DNA of 37,335 nt from a virus. Its lineage: Duplodnaviria; Caudoviricetes. A program made the translations under genes and the position numbers. The stretch is from positions 1 through 37,335 of the IMG/VR virus record IMGVR_UViG_3300035534_000081; one strand, 5' to 3'. Position 1 is the stretch's first letter. Every line of letters starts with the position of its first letter. Below are positions 1-9,337 of the stretch, in pieces. The notes beneath the pieces were generated by a model. That model was not told the origin of the DNA and made no database searches. It was given only the letters and a program-made list of their open reading frames with translations.

Positions 1-597
1 CTTATCTACCTTCGCGAATCTTTCAGCGAAACTGTACCAACTAAGGCCCTCGGTACCAGTTATAGGTGTTGCATTATACTTTGATTCAACACCACCGTTA
101 CCATCGTCACTGGCTAAATAAATATCTACCCAAAGGTTTCCTACCTTAGCCATTCCCTCAGGGGAACATTTAGGGCGATTAACAAGGTCCCAGACTGAGT
201 TAGGCACAATACTTTCTGATACATCAGAAACTGTAGAACTGTTCCTCACCCGGCCATAATGGAACCCACCGATTTTCCGAGTGTTATCAGCGCTCGGTGT
301 AACTCCAGAAGGAATCGTATCTGGGTAAGTTGAATTAGCTGAAAGCACAAAATCTGGCTCAATACCATCAGCTGGCTGACAGGCATAGATATAATAATCT
401 GTACCCATCGCAAAACTAGAAAAACTGCCATCATTGTCTGCGGCAGTTAGTGCTGATGCTGATTCAATTTTTAAGTTCTGTCTATTAATTCTTAATGCCA
501 GGGCCGGAATATCTACTCCCTGGACTCCGGCTGTCTTTTCTATGTTTCCTTCTGCATTATAAAAAGCAGGACTATCTACTCCTACTACACTTAGCAT
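1..597 (-). CDS. mtd: Mtd-like receptor-binding protein (major tropism determinant, C-type-lectin-fold family), 5' part only, runs off the window
   Basis: My translation from ATG 597 is open for 199 codons to base 1: MLSVVGVDSPAFY...GTDYYIYACQP...RKIGGFHYGRVR...PNSVWDLVNRPKCSPEGMAKVGNLWVDIYLAS...ESKYNATP...WYSFAERFAKVDK. The motif order matches BPP-1 Mtd as I recall it (GGFHY, SLWD..RP, P.GM, W.DIYL, SKYN, WY.FAE...KRL). Located at the distal end of the tail module. Confidence 0.85.
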   Translation of the reverse strand, partial: MLSVVGVDSPAFYNAEGNIEKTAGVQGVDIPALALRINRQNLKIESASALTAADNDGSFSSFAMGTDYYIYACQPADGIEPDFVLSANSTYPDTIPSGVTPSADNTRKIGGFHYGRVRNSSTVSDVSESIVPNSVWDLVNRPKCSPEGMAKVGNLWVDIYLASDDGNGGVESKYNATPITGTEGLSWYSFAERFAKVDK

Positions 598-908
598 AAG
601 TCAATCACCTCTTGAACTTCAGATTTTGTAAAACCTAACTCTTTTAGCTTTGAGTCAGGGTTATCTACTAATTTATACTGAACGATTCTAACTGTCTCGG
701 TTTCCTGATCATCTTCTTTCATTACTTTATAATCAGGGAGCGGGCCAGTCCTTTCATCTTCAGATGCTAGTTCTTTATCAAATACATAATGCTGATCAGT
801 TTCTAATAATGCTTGATAAGCTTCTTTAACTTTCTGAGTGTAGCCGAAATCATCGACTATATTTTCATAATCTTTTTTAGTCTTAAGTTTTTTCGGAAAT
901 CCTTTCAT
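591..908 (-). CDS. Tail-fibre/RBP-associated small protein (adaptor or chaperone)
   Basis: 105 aa, MKGFPKKLKTKKDYENI N-terminus, overlaps the mtd start; function assigned from position only. Confidence 0.6.
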   Translation of the reverse strand: MKGFPKKLKTKKDYENIVDDFGYTQKVKEAYQALLETDQHYVFDKELASEDERTGPLPDYKVMKEDDQETETVRIVQYKLVDNPDSKLKELGFTKSEVQEVIDLC

Positions 909-909
909 A

Positions 910-1176
910 TTACACCAACTCCTCTAATACTAATGAACCATCAACTATTAGTAATTTATATTTTTCTGTTCCAGCTTCATTAGATACAGCAACATCAAAG
1001 TCGCCATTCTGAATATCTGTAAAAATATTATCATGTTCTATTAAGCTCTCATAAGTTCTATTAAATAACCAGTTAAACCACTCCGCAGGAGGCCTTTCTC
1101 CTTCCTGCCAGCCCTGGTCTTTTTTCGATTGAGGAGGAACAGCTCCTGCTGCATTCCATTCTGGTCTTTCTGCCAT
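910..1176 (-). CDS. Short tail-fibre baseplate-anchor protein
   Basis: PEW...PP..KK..GW..GERPPAEWFNWLF motif typical of myovirus tail-fibre N-termini; only 88 aa. Confidence 0.7.
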   Translation of the reverse strand: MAERPEWNAAGAVPPQSKKDQGWQEGERPPAEWFNWLFNRTYESLIEHDNIFTDIQNGDFDVAVSNEAGTEKYKLLIVDGSLVLEELV

Positions 1177-1193
1177 GCGATCATCTCCTTATT

Positions 1194-1907
1194 TTATTCT
1201 ATTACTGAGCCAAAAAAACCACCTTTGTTCTGTTCGATGTCTGCAAATCCTTTATCTGCATCTGATGTATCAACGCTGCTTAAAAATTTACCACCAGATA
1301 CTGTATAATTTTCAACACTTGAAAAACCAGTATTCAAATCTGATTCAGATGTTTCTGGCTGTGAAGAAAATTGAAAAATACCTGTTAATTCTTTTGCAAA
1401 TTGAAAAGTACCGCGTGAATGAGCAGTAAACCTAACACCTGCAGCTCTCAACATATCTACAATATCGTAAATTTCTTGCAATTGTATGCCAGCTGCAGCT
1501 AAATCTGTCGCTTCTGCTTCTATTGTAAAATGAGCCGGTTCTATATCTGGGTGTTCATGAATCCATAAGTTTTCTGCAGGAACATCGAGTATAACAGCTA
1601 GATAATTATACAGTTGGTTAATATCTCCACCGGATAAGTTCTGCTGTATTTTAGCCTTTATTATTGTTCGATACCTCTCATCAGTCATTGATCCTCTAGG
1701 CTGGCCCACTGTTTTGCCAAGTAGATCTAAATAATTGCCAGTTGCCTGGTCAATATCCTGAGCATTTTCAAACATTTTTTTACTATCATTTACTTCAGTT
1801 AACTGCTCAGCAATAACTTTAATTAGCTTTGCAAGATTGCTTTCTTCATCTTTAGTGTAATTATGAGGCAAAAAATCAATTAATCTGTCAATTATTTTCT
1901 GTATCAT
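1194..1907 (-). CDS. Baseplate wedge subunit (DUF2612-like)
   Basis: DIDQATGNYLDLLGKTVGQPR..MTDERYRTIIKAKI motif; follows baseplate J. Confidence 0.8.
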   Translation of the reverse strand: MIQKIIDRLIDFLPHNYTKDEESNLAKLIKVIAEQLTEVNDSKKMFENAQDIDQATGNYLDLLGKTVGQPRGSMTDERYRTIIKAKIQQNLSGGDINQLYNYLAVILDVPAENLWIHEHPDIEPAHFTIEAEATDLAAAGIQLQEIYDIVDMLRAAGVRFTAHSRGTFQFAKELTGIFQFSSQPETSESDLNTGFSSVENYTVSGGKFLSSVDTSDADKGFADIEQNKGGFFGSVIE

Positions 1908-3037
1908 GTTATCACAACCGAACCTATATCTGATACTTCTCTGAAACCTATAGTAATATTGGCTTCACCAGTCGGAGGATCTACAGTATCAATATACAAT
2001 GCATTAACATCAATAACTCCAGTCACATTGAATATAACATCAATTATTTTTCTGTAAATCACATTTTCATTAATGCTTAAACTATTAATATATGTTTCAA
2101 TTTCATCTATAACTTGAGCATCTCCATCAGCTGGATAATCTTCGCTGGTGACTAAATCAACCTCTACATAAATATCAATTCCTGCCGCTCTTGAAAAACT
2201 AACATCCTGATTGTTGCCGCTATCATCTACTACAATCTCTGTTATACTTCCATAAGGTTCTATTCCGGCTGGTTTCTTCTCAAATATAGCATCTGCAATA
2301 GCTTGATTAGCCCCTCCGAATACTATAGTTTCAAAGCTTTTTGCGGGTAAGCCATTGCCGTCAACTTCCATATTAATATTCTCTAAAATTATGCAGTCAG
2401 ACGTTTCTGTTTCTTCTAAAACATTAGCTCTGACAGATGTTGTAGTTGAACCTCCGGCTCTATCAAGTGATTGAAAGTATCTTTCTCTTAATTCTGTGTC
2501 GGTTTCTCTGTCTCTACCTCCAAAGGTTTCAGCTTCGTTTGTTACATCATCAATACCAGCTAAAACTTCTGTCATTTTGGTTATTGTGTTTGAAGTTACG
2601 TTATACTCGCTTCCTCCTTCAATAGAAATTATTTCAACAGTTATACTACCAGATGTTATTATTACTTGTTCAGTTGTTTCGAATATTTTTGGCTCATCTT
2701 CATCAGTTTCTACCTGAAAACCGGCTGGTATTAAAACATTATTGTCGCCTGTAAAAGTAACTTCACCTACTGCTTTGGCTGATGAATATCTTCTGATGCC
2801 TATTTTTTTAGCAAGATTATCAAGGTCCTGCCCTTCTGCTGCATTAATATCCATGGCATTATAAATAGCTTCTAAACCAAGCCAAAGCAGAGATATCGGA
2901 TAACTGATAAGATGAATGAATATCCCTATAAAAGTATTGATAGTTAAATTAATATCATTACCCCAGAGGTTTTTAGCTTTAGCCTGCATGTCAGCAACTA
3001 TTTCAGTTCTTGTTTTTCTTTCGAATCCATTGCTCAT
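1904..3037 (-). CDS. Baseplate J/gp47-family protein
   Basis: AEGQDLDNLA..IGIRR, A.GEVTFTG and GGRDRETDTELRER motifs; 377 aa. Confidence 0.92.
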   Translation of the reverse strand: MSNGFERKTRTEIVADMQAKAKNLWGNDINLTINTFIGIFIHLISYPISLLWLGLEAIYNAMDINAAEGQDLDNLAKKIGIRRYSSAKAVGEVTFTGDNNVLIPAGFQVETDEDEPKIFETTEQVIITSGSITVEIISIEGGSEYNVTSNTITKMTEVLAGIDDVTNEAETFGGRDRETDTELRERYFQSLDRAGGSTTTSVRANVLEETETSDCIILENINMEVDGNGLPAKSFETIVFGGANQAIADAIFEKKPAGIEPYGSITEIVVDDSGNNQDVSFSRAAGIDIYVEVDLVTSEDYPADGDAQVIDEIETYINSLSINENVIYRKIIDVIFNVTGVIDVNALYIDTVDPPTGEANITIGFREVSDIGSVVIT

Positions 3038-3390
3038 TCAATCACCACGCTTTCTACAATGGTATTTTCTCCAACTTCAACTATGAAATTTATCTCTAAA
3101 CTTCTGTTAGCTCTATCAAATTCAGTGTTAACTTCTCTGATTTTGTCTACAGCCGGCTCATCATTTAGCACTTTTAAAACTTCTTTCCTGAATTCAGCCG
3201 GTGGATCACCTTCACCCAGCATCTTTAGCCAGGGCACACCAAAATCAAGGTTAAGAAACCATTCTTCCATCTCGGTGATCAGCGATATTTTAAGCCGCTG
3301 CTTAATTTCATCTATACCATCAATCATTTTAACTTCATTCATGCTGTCAAACTCAAAATCTCCGTTATCATTAAGATAAACACTTCTCAT
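3034..3390 (-). CDS. Baseplate/sheath initiator (gp25-like, DUF2634-like)
   Basis: EWFLNLDFGVPW motif; position before baseplate J. Confidence 0.8.
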   Translation of the reverse strand: MRSVYLNDNGDFEFDSMNEVKMIDGIDEIKQRLKISLITEMEEWFLNLDFGVPWLKMLGEGDPPAEFRKEVLKVLNDEPAVDKIREVNTEFDRANRSLEINFIVEVGENTIVESVVIE

Positions 3391-3398
3391 ATAATCAC

Positions 3399-4100
3399 CT
3401 AATTCGTAAATACTTTGCTGCTTGGTGCTGGACTTGGAGAGGTAGGTGGCCCTGTTGTTCCACCGCTGTCTCCCGGATGAGTGTGGCCGTCAAGATAAGA
3501 TTTTAAAGTTTCACCAAAACTTAAACCTTCTCCACCATCACCACCTAAATGAGTTTCTGCATCAACAATAACTTTTGGTGCTGTTATAGTAGTTGTATCA
3601 GTAGATATTGCATTAACTTTACCAGTAGTTTCTATTAGCAGTTCACCATTAGCTTTCATTACAATTCGGCTATCAGCTTCTCGATTTTCTATTAGCAAAT
3701 CATTTGTATAACTGCTGTTTAAATCACTTTCAGACTCCAACTGCAGGCTGTTAACTATTATTGCATCATCTATGCTGTGTTTTCTTTTATATTTTGGGTT
3801 CTCTGGATCTCCACTGATTAAAAGTTTATCTATAGCTCTTTCTGAAAAAGCTACTACTACTGCATCACCTTTTTGGAATGGTGGGCGGATAATGAAATTA
3901 CCTGCTTTAATAAAACCAACTGGCACCTCTAAGATAGGTGGTATCTTAACCAATTCCCCTTCTAAATCTTTTTTATTTAAAAGAGTTATTTCAGCCCGCA
4001 TTTTTTGAGCATCATACTTGTTAATTTTGGCAGGTAGAGCTGTATGAAGATCACTTATTGCATCATCTATCAACTTGCGAGTTATATCATTAAGATTCAT
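3399..4100 (-). CDS. Gp138-family baseplate central spike
   Basis: LHTALPAKI, VPV..P, VVVAFSERAID and RKHSIDDA motifs; C-terminal HTH (His-x-His) metal-binding tip followed by GGTTGPP. Confidence 0.85.
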   Translation of the reverse strand: MNLNDITRKLIDDAISDLHTALPAKINKYDAQKMRAEITLLNKKDLEGELVKIPPILEVPVGFIKAGNFIIRPPFQKGDAVVVAFSERAIDKLLISGDPENPKYKRKHSIDDAIIVNSLQLESESDLNSSYTNDLLIENREADSRIVMKANGELLIETTGKVNAISTDTTTITAPKVIVDAETHLGGDGGEGLSFGETLKSYLDGHTHPGDSGGTTGPPTSPSPAPSSKVFTN

Positions 4101-4878
4101 ACTTATCCACCTCCATTGTTGTAATGAAATCGCCGCCGGCTATTGAGTGAGAGCCACCTTTAACCTTATAGAGCCCATTAATTGTCTTACTATCTATATT
4201 TATGATGCTGTCGGTCCATATTCGGTAATTTAATAAACTATCAACCTCATAAAAAGTATTACCATCACTCTCTGATATAGTCGGTGTACCAATCAGTCCA
4301 GTATCTTTATTCAGATTGACTATTTCAATACTGGCCTGTTTAGGTTTTCTGAAGTAGATAAAACCTCTTGAGACATGCAGTTTTGCACCTAAATCAGCTG
4401 CTATCTCTTCAAGCAGTGATTTAATAGTCCCTGAATGAGTCTTGCCTTTAGGGTAGTTTATTGTGTCTGTCTCATAGCCTTTAAAATTAAACGGCAGCAT
4501 ATCAGCACAGGTTTTAACTATCCTGTCAGATGTAATTCCTGTCTTCCAGGTCTTATTGATAGTTGCATTAAGCCAGCGTTCAGTGCCATCGCCTACAATA
4601 ACTTCAGTTACTTTGTCAGTTCCTTCATAATTAGTTGTAGTTTTAATAATAATGCCAGGCAGAAGGCTTCCTACATCACCTTCATACCCGGCATTTAGTT
4701 GAATCATCTTATCTTTTTTTAGTTTCTTTATACTTTTATCAGAAAGGTTATGCAGCTTGATCATACCAATATTACTCTCTGAGCTGTCATTAAAGTTAAT
4801 TTCAGCTTCAATATGCAGTTCTGGATAAGTAACCTTCCAATCACCTACAACCACTTCGGCTTTACGATATATGAGCAT
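4090..4878 (-). CDS. Baseplate hub protein
   Basis: IKLHNLS, LNAGY and TGLIGTP motifs; position before the spike gene. Confidence 0.8.
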   Translation of the reverse strand: MLIYRKAEVVVGDWKVTYPELHIEAEINFNDSSESNIGMIKLHNLSDKSIKKLKKDKMIQLNAGYEGDVGSLLPGIIIKTTTNYEGTDKVTEVIVGDGTERWLNATINKTWKTGITSDRIVKTCADMLPFNFKGYETDTINYPKGKTHSGTIKSLLEEIAADLGAKLHVSRGFIYFRKPKQASIEIVNLNKDTGLIGTPTISESDGNTFYEVDSLLNYRIWTDSIINIDSKTINGLYKVKGGSHSIAGGDFITTMEVDKYES

Positions 4879-5213
4879 TACTGATCACCTGCAGCAAAAA
4901 TATAACATTTAACCGAGTCCATAAAGTTATCATAAGTTATATGATCATCTTCTACTGCCGGGTTAACCGGTAGTATTTGTACTCCTGGAACTCTTTCATC
5001 AATTATATTATCCAGCATGTCGACATTATAAGTTATTTTTCGACCTGATATTATTAGATTCTCATCTATATCGTACATGTTGAAAGCAAAATATTCTCCA
5101 ATGGGATTCCAGTAGACTTCAAATATATAGTTATTCTCATCCAGTTCAATGATAAAGCGGTCCGTTTTAGTTTTTGATTTAGTTATAGGCAAATAATTTA
5201 ATTGGACCATCAA
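4878..5213 (-). CDS. Baseplate plug-like protein
   Basis: 111 aa, Y.F.VYWN motif; position between tube initiator and hub. Confidence 0.65.
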   Translation of the reverse strand: MMVQLNYLPITKSKTKTDRFIIELDENNYIFEVYWNPIGEYFAFNMYDIDENLIISGRKITYNVDMLDNIIDERVPGVQILPVNPAVEDDHITYDNFMDSVKCYIFAAGDQ

Positions 5214-5761
5214 TTATCACCATCCGATCCAAAAACACTTTCAAATAATTTTATTGGTAAGCTTTTGTTATTGACAGTCTCTTCATCTACATTTTCACTT
5301 TCGCTATCTTTTGTTGAGGTTTCTCCGCTTTCTTTTTCTGGAGCTGGTTGCTTTTCTCCATCAATAACAGGTGGTGCAACTTCCACTATAATTGTTTCTG
5401 CGGTAGCAAATTTAACTTGTTGGAAAGATACTGTTCCTGAGTAGCCTTTAATATTTTTTACTGTCTTTTCAAGCGATAACTCACTGATTGCCATGTTTTC
5501 ATAAACTTGAAGAGCTCCAACAACTGTAATTATTTCTCTGTTGTCTCTGATTTCAAGTAATCTCTCATACTTTTCTTGCGGAGTGTCACCGTATTCACCA
5601 GTTATAACAATATTTAGAGAAAAGGTAACGGGGTTGTTGTTAATATGATCAGTAATGACAGTACCATCTTCAACCGGCTTTTCAGTAATTTCATTAGAAA
5701 AGGTAGGGGTTTCGCTTTCGACAACATCTACTAACACATCATCAATATATGTCCAATCCAT
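5210..5761 (-). CDS. Tail tube initiator / Dit-like baseplate protein
   Basis: EITEKPVEDG..ITDHI..NP and YENMAI motifs; directly after the tape measure gene. Confidence 0.8.
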   Translation of the reverse strand: MDWTYIDDVLVDVVESETPTFSNEITEKPVEDGTVITDHINNNPVTFSLNIVITGEYGDTPQEKYERLLEIRDNREIITVVGALQVYENMAISELSLEKTVKNIKGYSGTVSFQQVKFATAETIIVEVAPPVIDGEKQPAPEKESGETSTKDSESENVDEETVNNKSLPIKLFESVFGSDGDN

Positions 5762-7414
5762 TTATGCTCCTACCCCCCCCGCTAATTGCCTTTCGTAAGT
5801 AGCAATTCCTCTTTTTACTGCTTTTGCTGTTTCTTCTGGATTGTTTCCGCCTTCAACTTTAATTTCTCCTATATTTATTGAATTATCAACATTTTCTGTT
5901 TTAATTGAACTATTTTTTTGAATTTCTTCAGATTCTTTGTTTATATTATCTGATGTAACATCATTATCGCCCCAGCCTAACCAATCCGGAACCCATTCAG
6001 GTTTGGGTAAACTAAAGTCAAATTTTTCTTCGATAATTTTTTTAATGTTAAAGTTGTCATCAAACCAATCGTTTATGCCCTGCCACCAATCATCAAAATT
6101 AAAAGTGGGTAAATTGAAGCTCAAATCTTCAAAATTAGTGAATTTATCAGTTATTGAATCAATTTTGCCGCTTATCCAATTTTGGAATTCATTTATTTTA
6201 GTTTGGAATCCTTCTGTCCATTCGTCTAAATTTTCAAAGCTTATTTCAGTGTTTTCCCATTCTCGAAACTTAACTGTCAAATCATCAAACCAGTCAATTA
6301 TTTTTCCTGTGACAGATTCTCCACCCTGCCACCAAGTCCATAAATCTTCAAAAGCAATTACTAGTCCTGCTATCGCTAATGCGCCTAATGCTATTGGTCC
6401 CGCGCCTATACCTAATGCGCCAGCAAGAGCATATACTACTCCAGCACTACCAGCAAGCCCTGCAAAAACAGTTGCTAAAGCTCCAACCCTCGCTATTGGT
6501 TTTGTCCATTCCGATTCAATTAAAGTATCTAAAAAATCATTAGTTACATTGAGACCTTCTGTCATGTTTGGTATATAACTGTTTCCTATTGCAATCCCTA
6601 GATCTCTCAAATTTCCTTTCATTGCTAGCTTTTGGTTATTGTATTCATCTGATGTTCTGGTGGCATCATTGACAGCATCACTTGATTGTCTAATCATTTC
6701 TTGGAATCTTAATTGCATTTTAGTCAAATTGTCTAGTTCTCTAAAACTTTGATTGTAACCTTCATTTTGGGCTACTATGTCTAATTGTGTTTCACTTAGC
6801 TGTATTCCAAGCATTCTAACAGCTTCATGATTTCCAACGAGAGCTGACTGCATTGCTCTAGCAGCTTCTGCTGTGGGCACATTGTTAAACGAACCTAAAT
6901 CAGCAGCAAGAGTAACCATTTCTTGAGATAAACCAGCTGCTTCATCTCGGGCTAACCCCATAGGAACTAAAACATCCTGAAAGCTATTCAACCAGTTCAT
7001 TGTTGCATATTCGCTTCTGCCAATAGCATCAGAATAATTTTTAGCCCATTGTCTAGTTTGGCCAGCCACTTCTCCGAATACTACATTAAACTTATTTATT
7101 GTCTCTTGGGCATTTCCTGCCATGCTTGTTAATTTAAATATACCAAAAGTACCAGCTGCACTTAACCCTAGCAATTCATATCTGTAATCAGCTAAAAATT
7201 GCATACCTGATTTTATTTTATTCGTTGCAGCATCAAAAGCTCTTGATATTTTATCACCAGCTGTATTTCCCGCTCTACCCAGCTGATCCATTTCATTTTC
7301 AGCCTGATTTGCATTGTTTATCAAGCCATCAGTTTTCTTATTAGCTTGTATAAGACCTTTATTATCAACATTCCAGCCTATACCTATTGCCATTTGTCTT
7401 ACTAATCCATTCAC
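5762..7414 (-). CDS. Tail tape measure protein (short, 550 aa)
   Basis: LAADLGSFNN and ALVGNHEAVRMLGI TMP motifs, hydrophobic segment, Trp-periodic repeats; follows the chaperones. Confidence 0.9.
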   Translation of the reverse strand: MNGLVRQMAIGIGWNVDNKGLIQANKKTDGLINNANQAENEMDQLGRAGNTAGDKISRAFDAATNKIKSGMQFLADYRYELLGLSAAGTFGIFKLTSMAGNAQETINKFNVVFGEVAGQTRQWAKNYSDAIGRSEYATMNWLNSFQDVLVPMGLARDEAAGLSQEMVTLAADLGSFNNVPTAEAARAMQSALVGNHEAVRMLGIQLSETQLDIVAQNEGYNQSFRELDNLTKMQLRFQEMIRQSSDAVNDATRTSDEYNNQKLAMKGNLRDLGIAIGNSYIPNMTEGLNVTNDFLDTLIESEWTKPIARVGALATVFAGLAGSAGVVYALAGALGIGAGPIALGALAIAGLVIAFEDLWTWWQGGESVTGKIIDWFDDLTVKFREWENTEISFENLDEWTEGFQTKINEFQNWISGKIDSITDKFTNFEDLSFNLPTFNFDDWWQGINDWFDDNFNIKKIIEEKFDFSLPKPEWVPDWLGWGDNDVTSDNINKESEEIQKNSSIKTENVDNSINIGEIKVEGGNNPEETAKAVKRGIATYERQLAGGVGA

Positions 7415-7624
7415 TTAATCACCTCTTTTCTGCTTTGATAACACAGAAAGAGCAGCAAAGGCTTCAAGCATTTCATCAAAAGTCATCTTATCTACTTCTG
7501 ATTTTTGCAATCGGCCTTCAAATATCAGCTGCCAATATATTTTTTTGTTTCCTTTTATCTTTCTTTTGTATGTTGATAAGTTTATCTCTTTTTTATCTGC
7601 ATATTCTATTACATGAGTTGGATC
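7415..7624 (-). CDS. Tail assembly chaperone C-terminal extension (T part), reached by +1 frameshift
   Basis: The +1 frame after CTT-TGA is open for 69 codons (DPTHVIEY...EVDKMTFDEMLEAFAALSVLSKQKRGD) and stops one base before the TMP GTG. Confidence 0.75.
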   Translation of the reverse strand, partial: DPTHVIEYADKKEINLSTYKRKIKGNKKIYWQLIFEGRLQKSEVDKMTFDEMLEAFAALSVLSKQKRGD

Positions 7625-7874
7625 AAAGAAACTTCCTAACTTTCTCTTGGAATTCAGTAACTTCGTCTAACCCTCCAAAATCATCAATATCAAAATTTGC
7701 TGGTTCAATAACTACATTATCGAGAAAGCCCTGCACAAAATCAGAAGTTTTTATGTTTCCGTTTCTATCTCTGCAAGCATAATCATGATCTAAACACCAT
7801 TTGATTCCTGGATGTTGAAGTGTAAATTCCTTATCTCCAACTTTTATCTTTTTATTATCATTTTTTTTGCCCAT
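7623..7874 (-). CDS. Tail assembly chaperone (G part)
   Basis: 83 aa between tube and TMP, EFTLQHPG motif, ends ...RKFL at TTT CTT TGA. Confidence 0.8.
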   Translation of the reverse strand: MGKKNDNKKIKVGDKEFTLQHPGIKWCLDHDYACRDRNGNIKTSDFVQGFLDNVVIEPANFDIDDFGGLDEVTEFQEKVRKFL

Positions 7875-7889
7875 TATTAATTCCTCCTA

Positions 7890-8288
7890 TTAATAAAACT
7901 CATCATAATTAGCTATACCAATAGTTATAGTTTTATCTGATACATCATCACCACGATCATAATTGCCCATTGACATAACTTTAGCTTCTGTTCCGCCTGC
8001 TCTACTGCCATCCATGATATCGCTAACTGTTACCGGAAACTTTTCTCCAGTATCATATAACCTTTTAAAGTATGGCAAAGAAGCGGAATTATGTTTCAGA
8101 GTGATTTCAAAAGTTCCGCTTTTATCTCCGCTTTCAACAAAAGTCACTTCGCCTTTAGAACCTACATTCATTGACTGTTTATCACTGCTTCTGCTTCCGG
8201 ATATCATTGTACCTTCAGCAAAACCTACAACTCTATGATTTTTTGCAAATACATTAACTTTTTTTGGATCATAACTATCTGCTGGCAT
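7890..8288 (-). CDS. Tail tube protein (DUF3277-like)
   Basis: SYDPKKVNV..GFAEG...SG.FEITL motif; after the sheath gene. Confidence 0.8.
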   Translation of the reverse strand: MPADSYDPKKVNVFAKNHRVVGFAEGTMISGSRSSDKQSMNVGSKGEVTFVESGDKSGTFEITLKHNSASLPYFKRLYDTGEKFPVTVSDIMDGSRAGGTEAKVMSMGNYDRGDDVSDKTITIGIANYDEFY

Positions 8289-8302
8289 TTATAACAACCC
8301 CT

Positions 8303-9337
8303 TTACACTTTAAGTACGCCGGCAACATCTACTGAATGAACAGCTCCGGCTACAGTGGCTTCAAAATCAACATCCGGCAGTATTCTATTAGCTCTGGTAT
8401 TAGTTGGAATGTCTGTTCTGGAAGGAATATCAAGAGTATATAAAGGAACCCCTTCGCTGTCTACTGCAATAACATCTCTATCAACTGCCAGTCTTAATAT
8501 TTCTTCTAACCTTGATACAACCTGAGCTATACCATCATCTGTATAAGGCACTTTATCAGTATTAATCATTAGCTGGAATATATTTTCAGTTATTCTTGCT
8601 TCCATCCAGTCAATAGCTCTAGTAATATCTAAGAAGCTACCATCACCTGTTTTGCCCTCGGCTGTATAATACACTCCTTTTTCATAAATAACAGGGTTCA
8701 TAAAAGGCTCGCCTTCATCCGGGCTTAACATAGATGAAATTTCAGTGTTAGTATAACCGGAAGAAGTAACACCGTTGAGTGTTTTCCACTTCCATGTCGC
8801 ACTACCTGGATCAGTCGCAAACATCCGGGCCATTATAGCAGCGTCAATTGCCTGTTCTTCAATGCTAGGGAATATACCGGTGTTATTATATCCCGCTAAG
8901 CTATAAGCGCTCAAAGCTGTCCAGTCGGCTTCTACTGGCTGAGTGATGAACATCTTATTAGCTGGTACCCAACCTGCAGCAGCCTCAATATCCGCCTGGT
9001 CTCTGCTTGCCAACAACAAACCATACCAATCATCATGGTCTTCATAAACTTGATTAAGAGCTTCTGCAATATCAACTGCGGTGCCGTCTGGATCATTGAC
9101 ATAAATCCCCTGCATTGTAATAACACCAGCTGTAGGTGATTGACTTAGATAAGCGTTAGCCATATCTTGAGCTAATTGACCTGCATCAGCAGGTATATCA
9201 TCTACACTTCTTACTTCTGTGTAAGCATATTCATCAGCAGAAGCAGCTACTGGTTCTAACATAAATGCTGTACCAAAACCAGCCTGAGAAACAGGTTTAG
9301 TTTGGTCAGTTATATTTACTTCAATAAATCTGCTCAT
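8303..9337 (-). CDS. Tail sheath protein (DUF3383-like)
   Basis: PGSATWKWKTL.GV, FLDITRAIDW, KVPYTDDG and AGAVHSV motifs. Confidence 0.88.
   Translation of the reverse strand: MSRFIEVNITDQTKPVSQAGFGTAFMLEPVAASADEYAYTEVRSVDDIPADAGQLAQDMANAYLSQSPTAGVITMQGIYVNDPDGTAVDIAEALNQVYEDHDDWYGLLLASRDQADIEAAAGWVPANKMFITQPVEADWTALSAYSLAGYNNTGIFPSIEEQAIDAAIMARMFATDPGSATWKWKTLNGVTSSGYTNTEISSMLSPDEGEPFMNPVIYEKGVYYTAEGKTGDGSFLDITRAIDWMEARITENIFQLMINTDKVPYTDDGIAQVVSRLEEILRLAVDRDVIAVDSEGVPLYTLDIPSRTDIPTNTRANRILPDVDFEATVAGAVHSVDVAGVLKV

Noticed and set aside
246-434. 62-aa minus-strand ORF in the track
   Set aside because: Alternative frame inside the longer Mtd-like frame (597 to <1), which has recognisable motifs.
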